Assembly: GCA_041653315.1 (NCBI GenBank)
Contig: JBAZFO010000004.1
Span: 1-57,752 of the forward strand
Direction: 5' to 3'
Length of the DNA stretch: 57,752 nt
From: Candidatus Micrarchaeia archaeon
Lineage (GTDB): Archaea; Micrarchaeota; Micrarchaeia; Anstonellales; JAHKLY01
Positions 16,931-25,737 of the stretch are shown here, one piece after another. Within the stretch, counting starts at the first letter, position 1, and the number at the start of each line of letters is the position of its first letter. Under the pieces are notes generated by a model. The model had not been told where the DNA came from, did not search any database, and saw only the letters and a program-made list of their open reading frames with translations. The position numbers and the translations under genes are program-made.

Positions 16931-17506
16931 TCAATCCTCCTTTAAATTTGTCCTCTTACCCTTATGTCGAAACAGTCGTTTTCGATTGTATTCTACTGCA
17001 CAATGGACATGGTATTTGCTACGGCCATTAGGACTTATATACAATTTATTAGGAGCGTCATATTTTTTGCAAAACTGACACTTTCTCCAGCTTGCATGGC
17101 CGCAGGCTTTATGCGCCCTTATTCTTTGATGTATTAACATATGGTAAGAGACACTTTCGCATATTACCAAATTACAGTGGCTATTATTAATCTTATTCCC
17201 ATCATTATGGTGTATTATTGCCTTATCGGGAAGATATTTACCCAAAACTCTTTCAGCAATTAGCCTTGCTTCATTCATTGAAGAACGGTGTTTCTTGGGG
17301 TGATCAGAACAATAAACCCTAACATATCCAAAAGTATCTATGTGCCGACCACCATTCCAACTTGGGTTGCCCTTTCCCTTAGAATTATGTCCATTAATAA
17401 ATCTAATTGGACAACCTGCAATATGCCCATGGCGCTTATCATTCTTTTTAGCAGTTTTAGTCTTTTGTCCACATCCACATTGACAAAGACCTGCCTGATT
17501 ATTCAT
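16931..17506 (-). CDS. HNH homing endonuclease (191 aa from MNNQAG)
   Basis: IIHHNDGNKINNSHCNLVICESVSYHMLIH HNH motif; AT-rich island; ATGA overlap with the upstream peptide. Confidence 0.8.
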   Translation of the reverse strand: MNNQAGLCQCGCGQKTKTAKKNDKRHGHIAGCPIRFINGHNSKGKGNPSWNGGRHIDTFGYVRVYCSDHPKKHRSSMNEARLIAERVLGKYLPDKAIIHHNDGNKINNSHCNLVICESVSYHMLIHQRIRAHKACGHASWRKCQFCKKYDAPNKLYISPNGRSKYHVHCAVEYNRKRLFRHKGKRTNLKED

Positions 17507-17634
17507 CCTCCCACCCCCAGTAGCATCAAGGCCATTATCCCGATAACCTGCAACGGCTTCCACGGCCAGAGCCAGAATGTCAAGAGGCTGGCCGAAAAGA
17601 ACACGATGGCGCCGAATAAGAACCGCGCGATCAT
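17503..17634 (-). CDS. Small membrane peptide (43 aa, MIARFLFGAIVFFSASLLTFWLW...)
   Basis: ATGA overlaps at both ends; hydrophobic; under 60 aa. Confidence 0.35.
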   Translation of the reverse strand: MIARFLFGAIVFFSASLLTFWLWPWKPLQVIGIMALMLLGVGG

Positions 17635-17807
17635 GGCCCCGCCTCCCCCAGCCTCAACTGTTCCTCCCAAAGCGGCGCCCAGATATCCTCATCCGTTCTG
17701 AGCATGATCCCGCCACACTCGGTGCAGAGGGCCGTATAATCGTCGATCCCGGCCACCCGTTGTTCACTTTCGCCACAGTCTACACAGAGATATTCGTAAA
17801 GTGGCAT
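17631..17807 (-). CDS. FmdB-family-like zinc-ribbon protein (58 aa)
   Basis: MPLYEYLCVDCG...CTECGG, typical of the FmdB/CxxC_CxxC_SSSS family; AGGAGG-like RBS. Confidence 0.6.
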   Translation of the reverse strand: MPLYEYLCVDCGESEQRVAGIDDYTALCTECGGIMLRTDEDIWAPLWEEQLRLGEAGP

Positions 17808-17816
17808 AAAGACCTC

Positions 17817-18098
17817 CTATTCGTTATCCCTCAGAACCCTCTCCAATACCGATTTGGCGTACTGCATGGCCGCGAGATGATCCTCAAGTTCACTTAACGC
17901 TTCCTGCAGGAGTTCCGCGGTGGTGGAGCTGTCGAATTCCTGGCCGTCCACCAGGGTCAGGGGGCCGCAGCAGAGTTTGGAAGACTGGCCGTCGGTATCC
18001 AGGGCGAAACAATAAGTCATGCCAGGGGCCGTCTCCCAAATCGTCTCTTCATTGCTCACCCGGTTCAGTTCCTTGATTAACTCGAAAATCTTGTGCAT
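17817..18098 (-). CDS. Hypothetical protein (93 aa)
   Basis: ORF with AAGGAGGGG RBS upstream. Confidence 0.5.
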   Translation of the reverse strand: MHKIFELIKELNRVSNEETIWETAPGMTYCFALDTDGQSSKLCCGPLTLVDGQEFDSSTTAELLQEALSELEDHLAAMQYAKSVLERVLRDNE

Positions 18099-18268
18099 TA
18101 TGCGAACCCCTCCTTAAAAAAGAATTGCCCCGATCTTCAACCCGGGATTGTTACGCCGCTATCTTTCGGCATGTCCGCAGGCGTCCGGATTTACTTGTCT
18201 CGACCTCGAGGCGACAGCCGCCTTATTTGCCCGCGGTTTCCCGGCCCGCTGAATAGCTAAGGCCGAAA

Positions 18269-19357
18269 TCAGAAGAGCATGGGGGTGGAGGTGGGCTTGT
18301 CCGGTTGCTCGAATTTCTGTCGGGCCATATTGACGTTGTTCAGGGCGAAGCGATGATAAGACTCCTTGAGTTCAAAGCCTACGCAGTTGCGGCCCTGCTC
18401 CACGGCCACATATTGAGTGCTGCCTATTCCAGCAAAAGGATCTAAAATCGTATCGCCCGGTGCGGAGTAGAGCTTGATGCAGCGGCGGATTACCTCAAGC
18501 TGTAAGGGGCATACGTGGCGCTCTTCCTGGTTCTCCTTGCACTTCTTGTAGCCTTCCAGGGTGTCGATTTCCTGGATATCTGTCCAGCACCCGTGCGCCC
18601 ACCGTATCCAGTCGAGCTTGGTAAACCAGCCGTCCGGGTTGATATGCTTGCCGCCGATCACGGTCTTGACCTGAGTCCCCTTATTTTCTTCCCAGGTTTC
18701 GATCTCATAGGGGATGGTCTGGTAGTCGGGTCGCACCCGCTTGACCGCGTGGCCATTAAAGCCGGTGTCATGTAGGTATTCCAGGATCGGAGAGGGCTCC
18801 ACCAATTTCAATTCCCGGTTGGCTTCGATAAGGCCATGCAGGGGCACCCCCTCGCCGGGCTTTTTGAAGAACAGGACGTAATCATTCATGGCCGGGGCCA
18901 GGGCTCGACAATCCCGGTAGGCCGTGGCGAACATGAGGGAGTGGAGGTTGAGGCGCCGGGCTACCGCCTGGGGATTTTTGACGATGGCGACTTCTCCATG
19001 AGGTTGAAAGCCGTGGTTTTCAAATAATGCAATAACGGAACCGCGGAAATCCCTTAGTCCTTGGAAACCATGTTGCACTTTGTATCTAAGAAGTTGTTGC
19101 ACATGGATTGCTGCTATAGAGCCTGGCTTTAACACTCGAAAGGCCTGTTCAATGAAAAATCTCATGTGGAGAGCAAACTGCCCTTCATGCATCTGTACTC
19201 CGTCAATATTATTCCCGATATCTTCTCCCTTGTGACTATATGAGAAAAGACTTCCGAAAGGGATGGACGTAACAAGGTGATCTATGCTTTCATCCTTAAG
19301 ATACTGTTGCATTCCAGGGATACAATCACCTTGATAAATATTAATATCTACTATCAC
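18269..19357 (-). CDS. DNA methyltransferase, beta-class N6A/N4C (362 aa)
   Basis: Motif IV-like TSIPFG near the N-terminus, motif I DPFAGIGST near the C-terminus (beta order). Confidence 0.75.
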   Translation of the reverse strand: MIVDINIYQGDCIPGMQQYLKDESIDHLVTSIPFGSLFSYSHKGEDIGNNIDGVQMHEGQFALHMRFFIEQAFRVLKPGSIAAIHVQQLLRYKVQHGFQGLRDFRGSVIALFENHGFQPHGEVAIVKNPQAVARRLNLHSLMFATAYRDCRALAPAMNDYVLFFKKPGEGVPLHGLIEANRELKLVEPSPILEYLHDTGFNGHAVKRVRPDYQTIPYEIETWEENKGTQVKTVIGGKHINPDGWFTKLDWIRWAHGCWTDIQEIDTLEGYKKCKENQEERHVCPLQLEVIRRCIKLYSAPGDTILDPFAGIGSTQYVAVEQGRNCVGFELKESYHRFALNNVNMARQKFEQPDKPTSTPMLF

Positions 19358-19366
19358 AATAACCTC

Positions 19367-20056
19367 TCATAGTTGTAGCATTGGTTGAAATGGTTTTTCG
19401 ATTTTGTTGTTTTTTCTTAGGTTATCTAAGGCCCATAGAGGTCTAAGGTTTTTTAGAGACCAACATCTCTTGAAGTCGAGATGCGATGGATCAGAAAAGT
19501 TAAATTTAGAGACTGGAATTATGTGATCTATATGCCAATCTCCATAATTATCCCATGACATACCAGGGATAAATAGTTTTTCAAGATGCTTTTTAAGGTC
19601 AGATAATGAATATCCAACGAGTTTTTCCCAATGAGTATTTGATTTATTACTACCAGACCGCTTTAATGATTGCCAGATAGAGCAGCTGACGTTCATTCTT
19701 AAGCGATATTTATGATCAATAGCGCGTTTTTTCCTCCTTTGCTTATTTCGGTTCTCGATAACTTTGGGATTAGAAAAATACTTTTCTCTTGAAGCCTTTA
19801 TTTCTGGCTTCTCGTAATAGCCGCCGCCCCTTCTGGTTTTCTCATATTCTTTCCTTTTTGATTTGATCTTTGGTGAGTTGTTTCTAAGCCTTTTCTTTTC
19901 TACTGCTATGGGAGTTTTTGCATAATCCAATGACCTTTTATTAGTGCATTTTTTACAGCTTGAATAACGGCCATCGGATGCCCTTTTATCAACATAAAAC
20001 TCTGATAATGGCATACTGGTTTTGCATGAAGCGCAAACTTTACTTTCGGCCACCAT
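19367..20056 (-). CDS. HNH endonuclease (229 aa)
   Basis: C-terminal WHIDHIIPVSKF...LRPLWALDNLRKNNK; strongly AT-rich island. Confidence 0.75.
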   Translation of the reverse strand: MVAESKVCASCKTSMPLSEFYVDKRASDGRYSSCKKCTNKRSLDYAKTPIAVEKKRLRNNSPKIKSKRKEYEKTRRGGGYYEKPEIKASREKYFSNPKVIENRNKQRRKKRAIDHKYRLRMNVSCSIWQSLKRSGSNKSNTHWEKLVGYSLSDLKKHLEKLFIPGMSWDNYGDWHIDHIIPVSKFNFSDPSHLDFKRCWSLKNLRPLWALDNLRKNNKIEKPFQPMLQL

Positions 20057-20540
20057 TGAGTCTCTCCAGATAAAAGCTATGGGTTGATTTGAAGTGTCCG
20101 CCTTGAATACTCTCCCTGACCTGAGCCTTAAAACTCATTACCGCATCCATACGAGTTACACAATTGACGGCCAGTTTCGGCTCAAAAATCGTATTGAGCC
20201 AGAGCCACCATTTGGGGGCCAAGTGCCAGGATAATTTATCAGCAAAGTAGAGTTTGCTTTTTGCTTGACCGCTATGCGTACAATGTCCCGCCAAAAGGTC
20301 ATATGCCCATTCCCCAAATAATTTTCCCCCAATCCTGGCTCCGGCCCGCCAATGAGTTTTCTTCTCTTCATAGGAGTTCAGGTAGTTGAGTCCGAAGTGG
20401 CCCACATCATGCAGAAATATACAGATCGTTTCTCTCCATGAAGGGAGCTTGCCGTAAAGCCGCTGCCAAGCTCGAATCACCATGAGGCTGTGCACTGGAG
20501 AATGGCAACCGCAGATAATTGAAATGGTGCCCTGTGTCAT
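20040..20540 (-). CDS. Hypothetical protein with HD-like motif (166 aa)
   Basis: H...FLHDVGHFG resembles an HD phosphohydrolase signature; weak. Confidence 0.35.
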   Translation of the reverse strand: MTQGTISIICGCHSPVHSLMVIRAWQRLYGKLPSWRETICIFLHDVGHFGLNYLNSYEEKKTHWRAGARIGGKLFGEWAYDLLAGHCTHSGQAKSKLYFADKLSWHLAPKWWLWLNTIFEPKLAVNCVTRMDAVMSFKAQVRESIQGGHFKSTHSFYLERLNGGRK

Positions 20541-22186
20541 GACACCCCCTTAAGCGCCTGAATGTAATTCTCTTCCATCGTCCAAACCTCCTCCGCGGTC
20601 CGGCGCCGCTTCTGATTGATGTTGTCATAAACCACCCCTTCAAGCTCAGGGATAAACGGATAGTGCATCTTGACGGCCTTGGTTTGGCCGTAGCGGTAGG
20701 ACCGGCGCTCAAGCTGATAACGCTGCTCTTCCGAATCATTGAACCCGGAAATGATATTCGAGCCGCAGGCCTGGAAATTTAGGCCGTAGCCCAGGAGTTG
20801 CGCTTTGGTGATGAGGCAATCACTCTCGCCCTTGCGGAACCGTTCGATGATAGGCAACCGGGCCTTTTTCGGGAGGCTCCCGGTAATCATCTCCACCAGG
20901 TAGCCATGATCCTTGAGCAGGTCGAAGAGTATCCGGCTTTCCTCATCGAAGACGGTCCAGATTAGGACCTTGAGGCCGTCTTTCATATCCTTAAGGGCTA
21001 AATCAGCGCAGAACTGAGGCTTATGGGAAGCTACCGGAATGATCTTGCGGCCCGGGCCTGCCTCCCCCTCATAAAGAAAACCCTTGGCCATTTCGGAGTA
21101 TTTGATGCGCTGCACCATCTCCAACTTTTCCCAACCGCCAAATAATGTCGCCTGGCCGGAAGCGTCAGGTAGCCGGTGAATGAGGTCTAACTGCTCCTGG
21201 GTAATCTTGAGGCGATATTCTGTGGTGACAGGATCCGGCAGGTCCTTGAGATGATCCTGGAAGCCGTACCGGGCCGGGTTGCGCATGTAGATGGACCAGC
21301 CGGAGAGAAAACGGTAGAAGGCGCTCTTGGCGTTATCCTTCACCTTCCATTCGCCGTCTTTTGTGCGACAGAAGAACGTCCAGATGATTTCGCCCTCGTT
21401 GCGCAGCTTTTCCAGGAAAGACCCCTGAGAGGCGTACTCCATTGTCTCATTGGGCGCCGGCGTGGCGGTGAAGGTGTATTTGTATTCGATGCCCCGGCAA
21501 CTCTTGATAAGCGCCCACTTGATGGTGCCCCCGCCCGACTTGAGAAGGGAGGCCTCATCCAGCAAGGCCCCGGCTAGCCATTGACATTCCGAGATGGTTT
21601 CCGCCTCACCCTTCCGGGGGATAAACTTTTCGGGGTTGATGATGGCGATTCCGGGTCCTGGGCCGGTACACCAGGTTCTGAGGGCTTGCTGTGATTCCAA
21701 TTGGGTAATTTCCGGATACTCAGGAGGAAAATAATACGGGTTCTGTAAATCAGTAACCCCGTAAAATTTTATGGTTTCGTCTATGGTTTGCTGAATCAGG
21801 TTTAGGGGAACGATCAGAAGTACCCGACCCTGCGTCTTGTGCATCACTTGGCGGGCCAATTCCAGCATCATAAGCGCCTTGCCCAATCCCGTGTCACACC
21901 ACACAGCAAATCTCTTCGCAGGCAGTGAAAGTGCCCGGACAATCCATTCCTGATAATCAAAAAGGTTGGGGTTGAAGGGAAGCCACCCTCTTTCTTGGTA
22001 AACATCCTCCAGGCCGAAGATATGGGCGAACCGGGAAGGGGTTTTTAGCTGATAACTGTCGGTCTCCCAGGCATAGGACAGGTTGCACTCCGGGAGCTGC
22101 TTCGATTTGAGAAAGACTTGGTAATCCTCCAGGCTGAACGGTGCCTTGAAATCTACCTGTATCGTGTCGCCTTCTACGCTTATCAC
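20537..22186 (-). CDS. SNF2/DEAD-like superfamily 2 helicase (549 aa)
   Basis: Motif I DTGLGKA, motif II LLDEAS, C-terminal helicase lobe LITKAQLLGYGLNFQ; GTG start with TAAGGAGG. Confidence 0.8.
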   Translation of the reverse strand: MISVEGDTIQVDFKAPFSLEDYQVFLKSKQLPECNLSYAWETDSYQLKTPSRFAHIFGLEDVYQERGWLPFNPNLFDYQEWIVRALSLPAKRFAVWCDTGLGKALMMLELARQVMHKTQGRVLLIVPLNLIQQTIDETIKFYGVTDLQNPYYFPPEYPEITQLESQQALRTWCTGPGPGIAIINPEKFIPRKGEAETISECQWLAGALLDEASLLKSGGGTIKWALIKSCRGIEYKYTFTATPAPNETMEYASQGSFLEKLRNEGEIIWTFFCRTKDGEWKVKDNAKSAFYRFLSGWSIYMRNPARYGFQDHLKDLPDPVTTEYRLKITQEQLDLIHRLPDASGQATLFGGWEKLEMVQRIKYSEMAKGFLYEGEAGPGRKIIPVASHKPQFCADLALKDMKDGLKVLIWTVFDEESRILFDLLKDHGYLVEMITGSLPKKARLPIIERFRKGESDCLITKAQLLGYGLNFQACGSNIISGFNDSEEQRYQLERRSYRYGQTKAVKMHYPFIPELEGVVYDNINQKRRRTAEEVWTMEENYIQALKGVS

Positions 22187-22199
22187 TGCATCCTCCTTA

Positions 22200-22870
22200 C
22201 CCCCGGTGCTGTTGCCTTACGCAATCCAGTTACCAGGGGCTATATGTGAGCATTGGCGCTCATCAAAAGGGGTAGTCTCCGCCAGAAGTCCTACCCCCAA
22301 AAATCAGAGCCATACTTGTTAAGGTTCTCGCCACTGTCGCCCTTCCCGGCTGCCCTCCCGTCCTTGACGCTTTCGGTACTCCGCCGGCCTTCCCTTCACC
22401 CCTGGGGTTAATAAGCTGGCCATGCCTGGGCTTTCCCTACGTCGCGCCGCCTACGGGTCGCCTCATTTCCGGGTCTTGACTTCAACACGCTTAACGGGGC
22501 CGTGCTCCCCTAAATTGTCTCGGTTGTTCAGGTTCATCGCCTTGGCGTCCGCCGCCAGATCACTTTCGGTTGTGTCTCCTACCTGGAGAGGCAGATTCGA
22601 TCTACCCACCAGGAGGGGCCTCGATTCGGCTGGCGAACTCTGCGCCCCATTTGCAATTTCTTGGGCTCGCTACGCCCCAGGGTTGCTATCCCCTCTCACC
22701 CCGCCTTTGAGCCATATTTCAGGCTTCGGTTTTCGTGGGGTTAGGCTGGCCTGGTTCGGCTGTTCCGGGTTTTTTCGCTGGTGGCCCATTCCCTGCCACC
22801 GCCCGCCCTGTATTTTTCGGTTTTTTGTGGGTGTTTGGTAACCTCCTGGTATGTTTGATTAGCTTTATAT
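22200..22870 (-). other. Long ORF-free, purine-rich (minus strand) leader; candidate structured RNA
   Basis: About 670 nt at coding-like GC with stops in all minus frames; many GC stems with GAAA-type loops (CCGAAAG twice, GGAAAT, CGAAAA); lies between the promoter at about 22.88 kb and the helicase start. Confidence 0.35.
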
Positions 22871-22877
22871 GGTCATA

Positions 22878-22927
22878 ACCTTACCATGCGGTAAGATCGT
22901 GTCAAGCAAAAAATAACCTTGCGGTAA
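22878..22927 (-). promoter_or_regulatory. Candidate early-left promoter flanked and overlapped by two repressor operators
   Basis: Minus strand TTGACA (22905-22900), 16 nt, TAAGGT (22883-22878); palindromes TTACCATGCGGTAA (22881-22894) and TAACCTTGCGGTAA (22914-22927). Confidence 0.45.
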
Positions 22928-23102
22928 GAAAAAATCTGATTTTTTTGTTTTTCCGGGGATTGCAGAAATTCGATAGAGATTAAAGCGTGTTACGAATCAA
23001 AAAATAAATGGAAAAGACAGAATGATTTTTTTAAAGATAAATAGGAGATATTCCGAATATATGGGCGGGTCTTATATCAAGGCATCGAGGGAGGATTTGG
23101 TC

Positions 23103-23417
23103 ATGAAATTATCGGAGAAGCTGATTGCCCCTTTGATCTATGTCTTTTTGGGCTTTTTAATGGTGCCTGGCCAACAATCGGTAATAATCTATAAATCACC
23201 GCAGGCATTCCGGGAGGCCGTAGCTATTTATGATGCAAACAATAAGCGGGTGACACCTGCATACATAGCCAGGACAGCCGCTTTAGTACCAGGAAATACA
23301 GAAGCCGATTTACTTGAATGTTCCTGGAGCTATGGCTTAGATAAAGTCATGATCACTAAGGGTAAATTTGAGGGTGTAATTGGGTGGGTGCCCATAGAGT
23401 GGTATCATTCAAAATAA
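23103..23417 (+). CDS. Plus-strand moron: membrane-anchored/secreted small protein (104 aa)
   Basis: GGGAGGA RBS; N-terminal hydrophobic LIAPLIYVFLGFLMV; AT-rich; convergent with the terminase ATPase gene. Confidence 0.55.
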   Translation: MKLSEKLIAPLIYVFLGFLMVPGQQSVIIYKSPQAFREAVAIYDANNKRVTPAYIARTAALVPGNTEADLLECSWSYGLDKVMITKGKFEGVIGWVPIEWYHSK

Positions 23418-23428
23418 GATGAGGCGAG

Positions 23429-24469
23429 CTACAGCCCCGCCGCCCCCTCGCCGCCCCCGCCTTCCGGGTCCTCATCATCCCGTTTGGGCGGGTCCTGGAC
23501 GTGCAAAAGCCAGTCGAACTCTCCGTAGATCAAGCCCTCCTGGCTCGGCTTGTTGCACAACATCTCACTATTCCAGGTATCCACTGAGACCTGGCGGCGT
23601 TTGGTGATAGCGTCCTCGATTCCGTAGAAGCCGTCTGCGGCCCGCGCCTTGCCCTGGCAATCCGGCCAAAGTTCGCACAAGGCGCACTCCCGATCCGGGG
23701 TACACCGTTCGATCACGTCAAAAATACACCACTTGTAAACCCGGTAGCCCCTTTCATCGGCTTCGGTGATTACCTGGTTCATGAGCCCGTAAGCCTTGTG
23801 CATGGTGGAGAAGATTTGCAGACTGGACTTGATGCCCCGTTTCGTTTGGGGGACCAGGAGGGCGGCCTGGTAGATCGACGGGTCCATTTCGTCAACCTCG
23901 TCGAGCTTCATTTTCTGAGGGTGCGCGCCCCGGACGCTCCGGGATGAGGCGGTGAGGATTTGGATGTTGGACTGATTGTTGAGCTTGGAGCCCTGGGCTA
24001 GCATTTCCCCGTTAAGCAGGTATTGAAAGTCCTCCGTAACCAGCCCCCAGCCGTCCCCCTCGCCGGTCAGGTGCTCATAGACCCTTTTGCTTTGCTCCTG
24101 TGAGCCCCCTAAGATTTTCGTGGAGCAGCCGCCCTTGAAGGCGCTGTCAAGCCAGGTGCACAGTCCGGCCAGGAGGGTTTTGCCGCCGCCCCGGTTCGAC
24201 CAACAGATGGAGTTCTGGACGCGCTCAAAGAAGGTGTCGCAGATGTAGTCGGCGGGGGAGTTATGGTGCTCACAGACGTGAGCCCGGGGGATGGTGAGGG
24301 GGTTGCCGGATTTATCGGGGTAGGCCCGGGCGATGAAGCCTAAGAGGTCTTTGTCGTCTCGGAAGCCATGCTCCCGGTAATATTCGATTTCCTTTTGGAG
24401 TTCGCTCTCTTCCTGCCCCAGCAGATTGTTGCTCTCGGCCTTTTGAATGCGGCCCCGTAGATTAGCCAC
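23429..24469 (-). CDS. terL: Large terminase, ATPase domain only (346 aa)
   Basis: Walker A NRGGGKT, Walker B KLDEVDE, coupling motif LTASSRSVRG; ends in a low-complexity tail right where a nuclease domain normally begins. Confidence 0.8.
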   Translation of the reverse strand: MANLRGRIQKAESNNLLGQEESELQKEIEYYREHGFRDDKDLLGFIARAYPDKSGNPLTIPRAHVCEHHNSPADYICDTFFERVQNSICWSNRGGGKTLLAGLCTWLDSAFKGGCSTKILGGSQEQSKRVYEHLTGEGDGWGLVTEDFQYLLNGEMLAQGSKLNNQSNIQILTASSRSVRGAHPQKMKLDEVDEMDPSIYQAALLVPQTKRGIKSSLQIFSTMHKAYGLMNQVITEADERGYRVYKWCIFDVIERCTPDRECALCELWPDCQGKARAADGFYGIEDAITKRRQVSVDTWNSEMLCNKPSQEGLIYGEFDWLLHVQDPPKRDDEDPEGGGGEGAAGL

Positions 24470-24872
24470 ACTGGAGCTTTTCTTCTATGGCGGCCATGCG
24501 AGCCTCAAGCTCGGTAAGCTCTAGTCCCTTCCGGTAAAGCTCCATCATGCTCGACAGCGCCTGCCCCTCGCCGGGGGTGATCCGCCCCCTGGATACTGCG
24601 GAGAGAATTGCGGCCATAGCCTTGGGGATGTCCGCCACCGTTTCGACCTTGGGGAGCTTTATCGACAGGGGGAGTTCCCTCCGCAGCGGGATGATCCGTT
24701 CAAGACAGAGCTTGAGGGCTACGGGGTCCCCTTTCTTGGCCTTGTTTATGGCCTTGCGGGTCAGGGCCTCAGCTTCCCCGTCCAGAAGAACCATCGCCGC
24801 CTTGGTAGTCTTACTGAGGGTGCCTTTCGGCTTGCCGCTGGGGTTGCCTGACTGTCCTTTTTTAAAGGCCAT
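24462..24872 (-). CDS. terS: Small terminase candidate (DUF5681-like N-terminus)
   Basis: MAFKKGQSGNPSGKPKG N-terminal motif, helical C-terminus, directly upstream of the terL ATPase with an 8-nt overlap. Confidence 0.55.
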   Translation of the reverse strand: MAFKKGQSGNPSGKPKGTLSKTTKAAMVLLDGEAEALTRKAINKAKKGDPVALKLCLERIIPLRRELPLSIKLPKVETVADIPKAMAAILSAVSRGRITPGEGQALSSMMELYRKGLELTELEARMAAIEEKLQCG

Positions 24873-24890
24873 TGTTTTTTCCTTGATTAA

Positions 24891-25430
24891 TCAATACGAT
24901 GCGTTTAGCCCCACCCACCACGTTAGAAAATACCGCAGTCCGTCAAGCCCGTGGTGGGGTCCCGTGCCCGGCACATGTTCCCGGTACAGGTTGAACTCCC
25001 CCAGAAATCGCCGGTAGCAATACTCACCGCAAGCGCACTTCCCGACCTTGGCGAAGGTGAGCCCGGACTCCCCTTTGGTTATGGCCGCCGCCTTGAGCCA
25101 CTGCTTGACGAGTTCATGGCCTGGCTCAACCCGTCCCGACTGCCCGACTATATCCACCCCGAAGACTTGGGAGTAGGTGCGCAACGCTTCCGGCTTGGAG
25201 GGATCGCCTGCGCCGCCGGTTAGCTGGCCATAGCCCCGGCCCTGGTGAATCTTGAGCAAAATCTTCCCATTTTCTTCGTTCGTGCGGTATGCCTGGTAGT
25301 GGGCATACAGGACCTGGACCTTTTCGTGGTCGGCGGAGGGTTGAAGCCAGAGTGCACAATTATTTTTCCAACCGAAGTCCACGCCCAGGTAAATCGGATT
25401 GTCCGGGCTGTAGTAGGGGTCTATCAGCAT
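24891..25430 (-). CDS. Stand-alone large-terminase nuclease (RNase H-like) domain protein
   Basis: IYLGVDFG, GAGDPSKPE and HHGLDGLRYF match the three acidic-residue blocks of terminase C-terminal nuclease domains. Confidence 0.65.
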   Translation of the reverse strand: MLIDPYYSPDNPIYLGVDFGWKNNCALWLQPSADHEKVQVLYAHYQAYRTNEENGKILLKIHQGRGYGQLTGGAGDPSKPEALRTYSQVFGVDIVGQSGRVEPGHELVKQWLKAAAITKGESGLTFAKVGKCACGEYCYRRFLGEFNLYREHVPGTGPHHGLDGLRYFLTWWVGLNASY

Positions 25431-25434
25431 TCCC

Positions 25435-25719
25435 TCATCCCCACAGCACAACTCCCCTGTTATTTTCAATGCTGGCCTGAACTGCCGGGGCACCCTTTGC
25501 CGATTCTCCTACCGCCTGCCCTTCCCTGTCTGTCACCCCCTGGCCGTCGCTTACAAAGGCTCTCATGCTGTCGTTCATCTCAAGGGCGGTGCTCAGGGTT
25601 CGGATGACCCCGCAGGCCGCCTGCTTGAGCCACCGCTTTTCTGTTTCGGTGAGGGTACGGCCCAGAATCAAGATATGCTCCGGGCCGCCGTCGATGGACA
25701 GGTGGATGGTGGTGTTCAT
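25435..25719 (-). CDS. Hypothetical protein (94 aa)
   Basis: ORF in operon. Confidence 0.45.
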   Translation of the reverse strand: MNTTIHLSIDGGPEHILILGRTLTETEKRWLKQAACGVIRTLSTALEMNDSMRAFVSDGQGVTDREGQAVGESAKGAPAVQASIENNRGVVLWG

Positions 25720-25737
25720 GATCCGCCCGACCTCCCG

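Noticed and set aside
22422-22841. 139-aa plus-strand ORF, the only tracked ORF in the long non-coding region
   Set aside because: It has no RBS and a Pro/Arg/Ser/Leu-rich composition typical of the antisense of purine-rich RNA. It has no coherent domain and would run against the inferred leftward transcription.
22190-22870. Non-coding region as RNase P RNA, tmRNA, group II intron, or a decayed terL nuclease exon
   Set aside because: By eye I found no GAGGAAAGTCCGGGC-type P4 sequence, no tRNA-like 3' end with a tag ORF, and no domain-V-like hairpin. Translations in all minus frames show no terminase-nuclease blocks. The identity therefore remains open, not assigned.
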